Below are positions 9,730 to 18,756 of a DNA stretch of 61,040 nt, piece after piece. The stretch is from an uncultured virus (IMG/VR IMGVR_UViG_3300017917_001941). Its lineage: Duplodnaviria > Heunggongvirae > Uroviricota > Caudoviricetes. The notes beneath the pieces were generated by a model. It was not told the DNA's origin and did no database searches. It was given only the letters and a program-made list of their open reading frames with translations. Position 1 is the first letter of the stretch. Every line of letters starts with the position of its first letter. The stretch lies in IMG/VR virus record IMGVR_UViG_3300017917_001941; one strand, given 5' to 3'. The translations under genes and the position numbers were made by a program.

Positions 9730-10011
9730 ATGACTCTAATGACTCCAGATAAACTGCAAGAGAGAATGCAGAATCTTTCAACCCGACATGCTAAGGTACT
9801 TCGTCGGAAGGCGGAACTTGGTGGGGAGTTGAAATCTAAGAAAGAGGAATTGGCGGCTTTGGTTCGAGAGATTCAGACGGCAGGATATAACCCAAAGACG
9901 CTTATCGAGGATCGTAATGCGGCTCAGGAGGAATTGGAGACGTTGCTTGACAAGTTTGAGACCAACCTTGTCGAGGCGGAGACAATCCTTTCTGAGTTTG
10001 ACAAGAAATGA
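9730..10011 (+). CDS. Small coiled-coil protein
   Basis: GAGG RBS; 93 aa of heptad-like helix broken by GYNP. Confidence 0.7.
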   Translation: MTLMTPDKLQERMQNLSTRHAKVLRRKAELGGELKSKKEELAALVREIQTAGYNPKTLIEDRNAAQEELETLLDKFETNLVEAETILSEFDKK

Positions 10012-10018
10012 GGATTAA

Positions 10019-11278
10019 ATGAAGATTGTATTTAACCTTCCCGACCTTTTGAAGGCGCTTGAAGTTGTATCAATCGTTACCCCACGTGCAGTTACAGCCA
10101 GTGGGGGTGCAGGATACTTGTTCGTTGTACGTGGCAAGGAATGTTTTCTTTACTCTCGAGATGATCTGTGCGTTGCTCGTGCGGCCTTTCCTGTTTCGGA
10201 GTCTGATCAGGATGGGCAATTTGTGTATCCGGCAGAGTACCTAGACGCTCTTAAGTATCTTGACGATGATACCTGTACTCTTGAGTGCACTAGCATCGAA
10301 GATCGCTTCGTTGTTCGTTACGAGACAGGGTCTGGGGTTGAGTCCGAGAGAAGTTCATTTGACCCTCAACTTCTCTCTACTTGTGATGAGGATCTGGAGG
10401 CTGCTGCTTCCGTATCATATGACTTCAATGCCAGTATCTTGAGGGAAGCTATTAATCAAGCCAAGCCTTTTCTAGGTAAAGTAGGTGATTCGAAAATTGG
10501 GGAGCACTTTAAGGGTCTCCAGATTATGGATGCCCAGCGAGTGGATAAGGACAAGGGTGTGGATTATTCGAAGGGAGACGGGTATCTGTTCGCCTCTGAT
10601 GGGACTCGTACCTTTTTCTTCCACTGTGATGACTTCAAGGGCAAGAGCTTGGAGATTCATGGACAGCATCTTGGTTTGTTCGTAAGTTTTCTTGCTAAGT
10701 GTGGCTCTAAGGTCACAATTCGTAAGGGCGGGCACTTCACTTTTGCGATTAGCGAGAACGGCCATGTTTTTGGGTGGCCTCGTCATGCGAAGCTTCATGA
10801 TAAGTTCAATTACTACAGCCTGAAGACTGATAATAAACTAGTATTTCGTATAACTAAGGCAAAGTTTTCTAACTCTCTTCAGCATGCCCGTCGTGAGCTT
10901 CCGGCTAAGCAGGATAAAGTCAAACTTAACTTTGATCCGGAGACTAAGCAATTACAGTTTGGAATTGCGGAGGGTACCTCAAAAGCGAAGGGTATTCCGA
11001 TTCCGGTTACGATCAAATCGGATGCTACTGTTGAGGAATTGGTCGCATTTTCCATTGGGGTCAATCTCAACTTCTTAATTGAGTTGGTAGCCCCTATTAA
11101 GAACCAGGAGCTAGAGTTTAGATGTGCCATCTTTCCGGCGAGTGAGCAACGTAAACGTGAGGTTGGGCTTTTCCGAACTATCGATGACTTTAGACTCGAC
11201 TCGTCAGGTAAGATGGCTCCTAAAGAGGAAGGGACAGTCCAATGTCGGGTGACTCGGTTCATGCCCAGCAAGGATTGA
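10019..11278 (+). CDS. DNA polymerase III beta-like sliding clamp
   Basis: MKIVFNLPDLLKALEVV start, ASDGTR (cf. ATDGHR), IGVNLNFLIELV (cf. IGFNxxYLxDxL); a DnaX-like gene lies nearby. Confidence 0.6.
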   Translation: MKIVFNLPDLLKALEVVSIVTPRAVTASGGAGYLFVVRGKECFLYSRDDLCVARAAFPVSESDQDGQFVYPAEYLDALKYLDDDTCTLECTSIEDRFVVRYETGSGVESERSSFDPQLLSTCDEDLEAAASVSYDFNASILREAINQAKPFLGKVGDSKIGEHFKGLQIMDAQRVDKDKGVDYSKGDGYLFASDGTRTFFFHCDDFKGKSLEIHGQHLGLFVSFLAKCGSKVTIRKGGHFTFAISENGHVFGWPRHAKLHDKFNYYSLKTDNKLVFRITKAKFSNSLQHARRELPAKQDKVKLNFDPETKQLQFGIAEGTSKAKGIPIPVTIKSDATVEELVAFSIGVNLNFLIELVAPIKNQELEFRCAIFPASEQRKREVGLFRTIDDFRLDSSGKMAPKEEGTVQCRVTRFMPSKD

Positions 11279-11934
11279 CCCGGAGTCAGAGAGTCAGAAA
11301 CCTTCGAGATCAGCTTACATCGGTTAAAGCCGTACGGGATCAGGTTGCGGAAGACCTGTCGGACAAAGAGAGGGAAGTCGAGGCTCTTGCTGTTCGGCAG
11401 GAAGTCCTCTCCAAGGTTTCTGAGCTCTACCGGGTTTTGATGGATCGGATGGTTATGAGTCAGGTTAAGGTCATTGAGCAAATCGTGACTGAAGGCCTTC
11501 GAACCATCTTTTTTGATGAGGACCTCAGCTTTAGGGCGGAGCTTTCATCGAAGTATAATCGAGTCTCGGCGGATTTCTTTATTTGCCAAGGGGATCCGGA
11601 ACAGGGTGGCATTAAGGGGTCTCCTCTTGATTCGTTTGGCGGTGGCCCAGCGAGTATCACAAGTCTGATTCTTCGAATCTTGACCCTTCTGAGGCTTAAA
11701 AAGCAAAAGCTCTTACTTTTGGATGAGACCTTGGCGGCGGTGTCCGATGACTACATTGAGATGACAGGTCAATTCCTTAAAAAGATGTCTGAGTCTATGA
11801 GTTTGCCGATTTTAATGGTGACACATAAGGCCGCTTTTTTGGATCATTCTACTACTGCCTACCAGGGTGACTCTAGGATCTCGACTACTTCGAAAAGACA
11901 TTTCACGGTCAAGAAGATACGAGGTGCTGTATGA
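11242..11934 (+). CDS. sbcC: SbcC/Rad50-like ATPase, C-terminal half
   Basis: Short coiled coil, signature-like SFGGG, Walker B LLLLDE, H-loop MVTH; no Walker A. Confidence 0.85.
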   Translation: MSGDSVHAQQGLTRSQRVRNLRDQLTSVKAVRDQVAEDLSDKEREVEALAVRQEVLSKVSELYRVLMDRMVMSQVKVIEQIVTEGLRTIFFDEDLSFRAELSSKYNRVSADFFICQGDPEQGGIKGSPLDSFGGGPASITSLILRILTLLRLKKQKLLLLDETLAAVSDDYIEMTGQFLKKMSESMSLPILMVTHKAAFLDHSTTAYQGDSRISTTSKRHFTVKKIRGAV

Positions 11935-12473
11935 GGACCGAAGCGGAAATCAAGTCGAGAGTCAGGGAGATAGTGTCTCGAGAATTTGACCGGCGAATAC
12001 GGGAAGCCTCAGAGCGTTTACCTCATCGATGTTCTCACAATTATAGTCATCCGCTTGACACAAGAAGGCAGTTGGAAGGGGGTCCAAATAAAGGGTATAA
12101 TCGGATCACTTTGGAGGATGGTAGTGCGGTACCCCAGAGAATTGGACTTTGTATTCTTGGATCTGAGAGTCCAGAGAGTTGGGGGGGTACCATATGCGAG
12201 GAACCCATCGACGCCAAGAAGTGTCCGTTATTCCACCCAGCTAAGTCTCCGGAGACAGTTCTTTTTGAGTTAGAGGAGGATCTTCGTAATCCTGCGTGGA
12301 TTGAAGCTAACTTGCCGGAGATGCATGCTTTAGTTTGGGTTCTAGTGGAAATGGAGCTTCGAGTTCCGTGGTGGAAACGGTTACTTTTTAGGCTTCGGGT
12401 GATCAAGCTTGAGCCCGTTATCCCTCCTATTGACCCAACAAAACTCCTCTCGGATAGAACCTTACCCCCATAG
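11931..12473 (+). CDS. Hypothetical Cys-containing protein
   Basis: ATGA overlap, GAGG RBS; four spaced Cys, possibly metal-binding. Confidence 0.6.
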   Translation: MRTEAEIKSRVREIVSREFDRRIREASERLPHRCSHNYSHPLDTRRQLEGGPNKGYNRITLEDGSAVPQRIGLCILGSESPESWGGTICEEPIDAKKCPLFHPAKSPETVLFELEEDLRNPAWIEANLPEMHALVWVLVEMELRVPWWKRLLFRLRVIKLEPVIPPIDPTKLLSDRTLPP

Positions 12474-12490
12474 CCACCAGATCGGCCCCG

Positions 12491-13066
12491 ATGAGACTGT
12501 CAGTGTTATCTGCTTTGCTTGTGCCCGAACGTTATCGGCAACGTGCTGCGACCGGGAGTGGATTTTCGGTTCCAGTAATGTCTGAACGAGAGGTACCTCC
12601 TACGGCTCAACCTATTTTCGTGACCACTACAAGGGGAGGATTCACTACTACGTTTCGGAACCGAGAGGGGTATGCCCGCTTTGGGTTTTCACTTGTTCCT
12701 ATAGACCAAGAATCTTTGTTCTTATGGAAAATGTTTGAGTCCCTTTGGGCTTTTTCAGAACAGTGCAATTGGGGGAACAGGTTTTCTTCCCTCCGGGATG
12801 CCCGTGAGTCCTTGGTTCAACCAAAGAGTCTCGTTGTTTCTGAGGATATCATATCTAATTTTGATAGATCCTCAGTCGGTGGTAAGGTGGGTGAGTATGA
12901 GAGCTTGAGTGTATTCTCAGCAAAGTTCCCTCCTGGAATTGCTCTTCTCGCTACGGACCCAGTTTCTTTCGGTGTTTACATGAGGGTGGGGGACTATCTG
13001 GGTCTTCAGCTCTTTCGGATAAACCAAACGGTGTCCCTGGTTAGGTCAAATGGGTTGGCTCAATGA
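12491..13066 (+). CDS. Hypothetical protein
   Basis: 191-aa ORF in the operon; no motif recognised. Confidence 0.55.
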   Translation: MRLSVLSALLVPERYRQRAATGSGFSVPVMSEREVPPTAQPIFVTTTRGGFTTTFRNREGYARFGFSLVPIDQESLFLWKMFESLWAFSEQCNWGNRFSSLRDARESLVQPKSLVVSEDIISNFDRSSVGGKVGEYESLSVFSAKFPPGIALLATDPVSFGVYMRVGDYLGLQLFRINQTVSLVRSNGLAQ

Positions 13067-13754
13067 TTTCGTTTTGTGGTGCCACGGAAACCTGGATGAA
13101 AGGGTCCGGGAGTCACTATGGGCTCGTGGGGTCTCAGAGGAGCAGATAGCCACCTTTCAGCTTGGGTACATCAACTCATCACTTCCTCCTGAAATTGAGA
13201 TAGTTTCAGACTTCCGTGAGTGGTCGAAAGAGGGAAGCAAAATAATTGATTCCTTTGTCCTTCCCCTTACCAATCCTCTGGGGGATGTCCTAGGGGTGCA
13301 GTTCCGGTCGGTAGAGCGAGATAATCGGGGATACCTGGATTATTTTCTGACCCGGTCTGAGCCAGCTCTCTTGGGTCTGGGACAGGCGATTCCTCATGTT
13401 TGGGAGTCCAGTTGTATCTGTATTGTTGAGGGGGGTTTTGACCTATTTCCGGTACAGAGAGTCTTTCCGTTTACCGTTCCGACTCTAACCTCCAAGGTTA
13501 GCGACGTACTATTACGTTGGCTTTATCGGCTTGTTGAGTGTGTGTATATTTTTTATGACTCTGATTCTGCTGGAAGGAAAGCTAGTGCAGATTTTGTAAG
13601 GGACCACGGATTAGAATTCAAGATCAAACCCATCATGTACCCTAGGGGTGTAGTACTCCCTACTGGAAAGCTGGTAAAGGATCCGGCTGATCTTTGGGAA
13701 GCCTGGGGGGATGACAAACTACGTGCATACTTGCAGGCACAGATTTCGGAGTAA
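13050..13754 (+). CDS. DnaG-type primase (TOPRIM), no zinc-binding domain in this ORF
   Basis: RGVSEEQIATFQLGY, VLPLTN, CIVEGGFD, FYDSDSAG, KDPAD. Confidence 0.82.
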   Translation: MGWLNDFVLWCHGNLDERVRESLWARGVSEEQIATFQLGYINSSLPPEIEIVSDFREWSKEGSKIIDSFVLPLTNPLGDVLGVQFRSVERDNRGYLDYFLTRSEPALLGLGQAIPHVWESSCICIVEGGFDLFPVQRVFPFTVPTLTSKVSDVLLRWLYRLVECVYIFYDSDSAGRKASADFVRDHGLEFKIKPIMYPRGVVLPTGKLVKDPADLWEAWGDDKLRAYLQAQISE

Positions 13755-13756
13755 TC

Positions 13757-14239
13757 ATGGGCCAGACTTACGAGAATGCTGAATCAGTAGAGAATCTTGC
13801 GAATCAGTTGATGGCAACGTACCATCCTGAGTTAGTAAATGCTAAGTTTCGGTTCGTTTTTCGTGAGAAAGCTGGGAAAAAAGGTGGTATGCCAGTTTTG
13901 GGTACCGTCAAGAAAATGAGTGATCTCATGAAGTTCCTAATTGGGGTTGACTTTTTGATGGAGGTTCCTCTCGACATTTGGAACGAGATGGATGCTCAAA
14001 AGCGTACTGCTCTTGTTGACCATCTTTTAGAGCGTTGTGTTGGGGAGGAAGATGAGCAGACGGCGGAAATGAAGTATGGAACCCGGGAGCCGGATGTGCA
14101 TGAGTTTTCCTCTATCCTTCGCCGCCATGGGGCTTGGACTGAAAACCTTACGAGTTTTATCTCTGTTGCACAGACTATGGATCTGAGTTTCATGCTGGAT
14201 CAGACTGGAGAGTCAGTAGAGCAAGTTGTAAACAATTAG
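13757..14239 (+). CDS. Putative phage metallopeptidase-family protein with a degenerate zinc motif
   Basis: W...RTALVDHLLERC...PDVHEFSSILRRHG layout of this family; the usual HELxH reads HLLER. Confidence 0.6.
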   Translation: MGQTYENAESVENLANQLMATYHPELVNAKFRFVFREKAGKKGGMPVLGTVKKMSDLMKFLIGVDFLMEVPLDIWNEMDAQKRTALVDHLLERCVGEEDEQTAEMKYGTREPDVHEFSSILRRHGAWTENLTSFISVAQTMDLSFMLDQTGESVEQVVNN

Positions 14240-14250
14240 GGGGTCTTGTT

Positions 14251-15726
14251 GTGTGGGATACGGTTTATAGGCCCCTGAAGTTTTCCGATGTGTTAGGGCA
14301 GTCTGGAACCATCCAGGTCCTAAAGGCCCGTCTCAAAAATGGGACAGCACTTGATACTAATTACATTTTCAGCGGAGGGTCCGGGCAGGGAAAAACAACT
14401 TTGGCCCGAATCTTCGCTCGGGCACTTCTTTGTCAACAGTTGGATACGGATAATCCCGAGCCTTGTAACACATGCGACAACTGTACGGCAATCCTAAATG
14501 ACAGTTCTAGGGCATTTGTGGAGCAGGACGCCGCAAGCCAAGGAAACATTGAGCAGGTTCGAAAGATTGTTGAGGACTTACCATTTGCGGTGCTAGATGC
14601 CCCGAAGCGCATCTATCTATTTGATGAGTGTCATCGTATGAGTAAGGATGCTCAGGACGTCCTGCTTAAGCCTTTAGAGGAGCGCAAGCTTCTCGGCATG
14701 TTTTGCACGACAGAGCCCGAAAAGGTTCGGGGGGCAATCCGAAGCAGGTGTGAGGAGTATCATATTCGAAAGGTTACTCGTGAGGATATCTTGGTTCGGA
14801 TGAAGTACATCCTTCGAACCGAGGCGGTGGAACACGAGGATGACGCAGTCCTAACTGTCATTGACTATTGTGGAGGCCATGTTCGTGACGTCGTCAATCG
14901 CTTAGAAATGGTCTCTCAGATGGGTCCAATCACCTTGGAGAGCGTTAGGGAATACCTCAACCTTTCTGTGGTTTCCACTTACTATGAAATTCTTCTTCGA
15001 ATTCCTTCTGATACCCGGGGTGCCCTGGCCTTAGTTGATAAGGCTTGTGAGAGGGTGACTCCGGAAGAGGTTGCCTCAGGCTTGGCTGAATCAGCGATGA
15101 ACTCATTTCGGCTTGCTAATGGGATGACCGCTGATTTTACCTTTTCCGATAAGAATCTGAGTCAACAGGTAAATGCTATTTACGGCCCACAATTGGTTCG
15201 CGTAGCTGAATACTTTCTTCGATCACGGTACATGACTCAGGTTGGGTTAGTCTGTGATGTGGTTTCTTTGGCTCAGCAGCTTGGGTCAGGGCAGCCTGTA
15301 GCTGCCCCTGTGACGCCTTCTAAGCCAGTTTTTCAGCCTACTATGGTTCCGGTAGTACTTCCGTCTGTCCCTGGTCCTATAGGGCAAGAACCGCCTGCGT
15401 TGGCCCCAGATGCGCCGCCTATAGCATCAGTGCTCCCTTCTTCAGGTTCGACCGCCCTCTCTCAATCCCCCCCGGCGTCTGTAAGTCTTAATGAAAATGG
15501 ACTTCGCCCAGATGGGATTGGGAACCTACACTCTTCAGACATGCAGGCGCTCACTGAAGTAGATATTTACGGGGTTCCAAGTAAGAGAGTGAAGTCGAAC
15601 GGCAAAAAAGTAGATGTCAACTTTGATAATCGTTCGAGAGATGGCCGAGATATTTTACCCCCGTCAGTTTGGCGTAGGGACTTTGAAGAACTCTTGCTAA
15701 GACGAGGTATTCCCGGTGCCCGTTGA
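14251..15726 (+). CDS. dnaX: DNA polymerase III gamma/tau-like clamp loader
   Basis: YRPLKFSDVLGQ, GGSGQGKTT, C..CNTCDNC, FDECHRMS, TTEPEKV, IRSRC; Pro-rich tail. Confidence 0.92.
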   Translation: MWDTVYRPLKFSDVLGQSGTIQVLKARLKNGTALDTNYIFSGGSGQGKTTLARIFARALLCQQLDTDNPEPCNTCDNCTAILNDSSRAFVEQDAASQGNIEQVRKIVEDLPFAVLDAPKRIYLFDECHRMSKDAQDVLLKPLEERKLLGMFCTTEPEKVRGAIRSRCEEYHIRKVTREDILVRMKYILRTEAVEHEDDAVLTVIDYCGGHVRDVVNRLEMVSQMGPITLESVREYLNLSVVSTYYEILLRIPSDTRGALALVDKACERVTPEEVASGLAESAMNSFRLANGMTADFTFSDKNLSQQVNAIYGPQLVRVAEYFLRSRYMTQVGLVCDVVSLAQQLGSGQPVAAPVTPSKPVFQPTMVPVVLPSVPGPIGQEPPALAPDAPPIASVLPSSGSTALSQSPPASVSLNENGLRPDGIGNLHSSDMQALTEVDIYGVPSKRVKSNGKKVDVNFDNRSRDGRDILPPSVWRRDFEELLLRRGIPGAR

Positions 15727-17572
15727 ATGGGTTGTTTTAGAGCTTACCTCACAGGGTGAGGATGAGGACCCTGAGGTTTTAAGGAAAGCCTTTTCCCGTA
15801 TACTGAAGGGAGGGGAGGTTTTCATACCGGCTGCGATTTCAATAGTCGGAGACTCTAGGGTCGTTCATAAGCTCATTGATAACTATGTTTTCGTCAAGCG
15901 AACTTTTCCGGATCCATTTTTTCTGAAGTTGGAGGGGACCCGATACGTTTCTTGTGTTCTTACTGTTTCGGGTAACTCAAGCATACAGCGTAGGATTGCT
16001 TGCGTCTCGGAAGCAGATATCGAAAAGATGCGGCGGCAAATTTATGTTGAGACCGAGCAAGGCATAGAAGTCGGGGATGAAGTTGAGGTGATGAGTGGCC
16101 CCTACAAGGGTATTACGGGTAAGATCATTGAGGAGATTCCAGAAACTGACAGTGTGCAGGTCTACATATCGCTCCGGTCAAAGCAAGCTCTTGTGACACT
16201 CCCCAGAAGTTTTTTGCGGTTTGTTGCGAAAAATAAAGGTGACCAGCCTTCATTCTCCCCATTCCTAAATAAGATCACACGGATTCGAGAGTTGGTCTCA
16301 AAAATGAGACCCATTATTCTTTGGACTTCAGAACCAGTTGGGGTTGTGCATCACAAGTATACTCAGGTTGTTCATTTGGACAATTGGGCTTGTAAGGTGC
16401 GGAAGTTAGCTAGCTTTTTAGTTAACCCTATTTCACCTGGTATGTTGTTGAGTTCTGATGGAAAGCCCTTGCAGGAGTACTACACTCAAGTTCAAAAGAT
16501 GAGTCATTTTATTGAAAGGGCCCCGGCTTTTTTTCAGATTCCTAGGATGCCTACCCATGACATTGGAACTCTTGAGGCCAAGTTCATGGAGGTTCAGTGG
16601 TTAAAAGATGTGCTCCAGCGTACGGCTGACTTGCAAGACTCAATTGAACAGATTGAGCGATCCATACCAGATTGGAAGCCGACTATGGTCCAAAATGTTA
16701 TCTTTGATGGGAATAACTTAGCCCATCGTGTAGCTAACGCGTTACATGCAATCCCGAACCAAGCCAATGATGGGGAGAGTAGTCCGTCATTGTTCATCTC
16801 TGGGTTCTTGAAGAGCTTGGCCTCTTTTAAGAAACGATTTGATAGGGCAAACTTGTATGTTGTTTGGGATGGATCAAAACAGCGACGATTGTCAGTTTAC
16901 CCAGAATATAAGTCTGGTCGTCCTGAGTCCAATGGGGAACTAAGTAGTCTGATAGGGAATCTTCGTAAGGTCCTTCCGCTTCTTGGTGTTGCGCAGGCAC
17001 ATAACCCGGAGGAGGAGACGGATGACCTCATTGCGTGTCTAGTAAGGGGACGATTGAAAGGTCAGCATAATGTCATAGTTTCTACTGACAGAGATTTCTT
17101 ACAATTAGTGACTTACACCAATATTTTGCTTGTTCCCAAGGTCGGTTCCCGTCCAGAAGTAATTTACGACCCGGATAAGGTCGTGGGGGAATATGGGGTT
17201 GTACCAAGTAAGATGGTTCACCTTAGGGCGTTAGTTGGGGACACTTCGGATAACTTTCCCAGGGTTCCCAGGGTACCCACGAAAATTTTAGCTAGCTTGC
17301 TGAATTTGCATGGATCTCTTGAGGGTATTTTTGCCTCAAACTTGTCTGGCATAACAGCTTCCCAGTACGAGAAAATCCGAGCTTTCGAGAAGCAAGCAAG
17401 AATTAACTTCGAGCTCATGACTCTTCGCGATGACGTGGAGTGTCCAGTTGTGGACCCTACTCCTAATCCAGAAGAGGCAGCGAATATCATGAAAGAATTT
17501 AGGGTTCATTCAGAGTCGATTATTGGGGCGTTCTTCGGACACTCTGAGCAAGGTTTTTCAAAGATAACTTGA
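15716..17572 (+). CDS. NusG-like (NGN+KOW) domain fused to a PolA/FEN-type 5'-3' exonuclease
   Basis: N-part: WVVL, EVFIP, NYVFV, VGDEVEVMSGPYKGITGKI. C-part: IFDGNN, VVWDG, YPEYKSGR, EETDDLIA, STDRDFLQL, GDTSDN. One uninterrupted frame. Confidence 0.85.
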   Translation: MPVEWVVLELTSQGEDEDPEVLRKAFSRILKGGEVFIPAAISIVGDSRVVHKLIDNYVFVKRTFPDPFFLKLEGTRYVSCVLTVSGNSSIQRRIACVSEADIEKMRRQIYVETEQGIEVGDEVEVMSGPYKGITGKIIEEIPETDSVQVYISLRSKQALVTLPRSFLRFVAKNKGDQPSFSPFLNKITRIRELVSKMRPIILWTSEPVGVVHHKYTQVVHLDNWACKVRKLASFLVNPISPGMLLSSDGKPLQEYYTQVQKMSHFIERAPAFFQIPRMPTHDIGTLEAKFMEVQWLKDVLQRTADLQDSIEQIERSIPDWKPTMVQNVIFDGNNLAHRVANALHAIPNQANDGESSPSLFISGFLKSLASFKKRFDRANLYVVWDGSKQRRLSVYPEYKSGRPESNGELSSLIGNLRKVLPLLGVAQAHNPEEETDDLIACLVRGRLKGQHNVIVSTDRDFLQLVTYTNILLVPKVGSRPEVIYDPDKVVGEYGVVPSKMVHLRALVGDTSDNFPRVPRVPTKILASLLNLHGSLEGIFASNLSGITASQYEKIRAFEKQARINFELMTLRDDVECPVVDPTPNPEEAANIMKEFRVHSESIIGAFFGHSEQGFSKIT

Positions 17573-17583
17573 TGGAGGTATCT

Positions 17584-18219
17584 ATGAGCGGAGGGTATGT
17601 CATATCTGTTGATCCTGCGGAACTGGCTACGCGCTTCGCGGTACAAGAGCCCTTGTTTGACGAGGTTGAAGAGGACTCGGAAAGTCCCTCTAGCATTGAG
17701 CCCTTGCTGACAACCCTCAACTTTGAGAGTCAAGTTAAACCCCTTCTTGATCGTATACCCGAGCGCGAAGCTGACCTAATTCAGCTTTACTACATCCAAA
17801 AAAAACGTCAGGCCGACATTGCCGAGATCTTTGGAGTGACTCAAGCGGCGATCAGTTATCGCTTGGATCGAGGCCTTCAGAGAATTCGATTCCTACTCTC
17901 CATCCCGCAAATCACAGAGGAGGACATGCGTCGGGATCTCCCATCTGTTCCATTTAAATTAATTGATGTGGATATCCTAGTGGGGATGTGGCAGACCACT
18001 TGTCAAAGTGAAGTTGCAGCTAGGCTTGGCCTAACTCAAGGAAGAGTTAGGCATCGATTTTTTGGAGCTGTAAAGGTCCTAGAAAAGAAAGCCAAAGAAG
18101 ATAAGAAGTTCGACCCGTACCATCGAGTCTTCTCGGCTCTCGCGAGCAAGCGTTTCAATATACTGCGGGAGGTTCGTTTGCCCCAGTGGAGTAACCGTGG
18201 CGGAGATGGGTGTTTTTAG
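17584..18219 (+). CDS. Sigma70 region-4-like protein with two HTH units
   Basis: IPEREADLIQLYY...QADIAEIFGVTQAAISYRL and QSEVAARLGLTQGRVRHR; GGAGG before ATG 17584; no region 2 recognised. Confidence 0.7.
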   Translation: MSGGYVISVDPAELATRFAVQEPLFDEVEEDSESPSSIEPLLTTLNFESQVKPLLDRIPEREADLIQLYYIQKKRQADIAEIFGVTQAAISYRLDRGLQRIRFLLSIPQITEEDMRRDLPSVPFKLIDVDILVGMWQTTCQSEVAARLGLTQGRVRHRFFGAVKVLEKKAKEDKKFDPYHRVFSALASKRFNILREVRLPQWSNRGGDGCF

Positions 18220-18260
18220 GCTAGATGACATGAAAACATTTACTGTCTAAACTGTCACTC

Positions 18261-18720
18261 ATGACACGAAAGTATACAGGTCATGGACACAGCCAGACCC
18301 CAGGTGTTGGCAGCAAATCAAGGCTCGCTGCCTTGAATCATATAGCTTATCCGGAGTATGGGGGTAGGGGGATTACGATCCACCCGTCTTGGGAGTCAGA
18401 CTTCATGGCCTTCTTTGATCACGTAGGCCCTCGTCCAACCTCCACCCGGAATCGACCCATGGGAACTTCGATCATGGGCACGTGGGAAGTGCTCTGATTG
18501 CCTCTCCAGGGGGTGGGTTCTCAACTGCCGGTGGGTCACTAAAGTGGATCAAAACCAGAGCCGTAGAGCTTCCTCTAGGTCAGGGAAGCTGGATCAAGGG
18601 AAGGTTCAGTTGATTCGTGAGCGTCTTGACTCTGGGGCAACTCAGCGGGAAGTGGCCCTTGAATTTGCTGTAGGGGTCTCCTTGGTGGGCAAGATCAAGC
18701 GACACGAAGTTTGGGTCTGA
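18261..18720 (+). pseudogene. Frameshifted HNH homing endonuclease remnant with C-terminal HTH
   Basis: Fragments in different frames: WQQIKARCL; YPEYGGRGITIHPSWESDFMAFFDHVGPRP; NCRWVTKVDQNQSRR...QREVALEFAVGVSLVGKIKRHEVW, stop at 18720. Confidence 0.8.
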
Positions 18721-18756
18721 GCTTTTACTTGTATGCCGGGTGGTTAGAGGACCACC

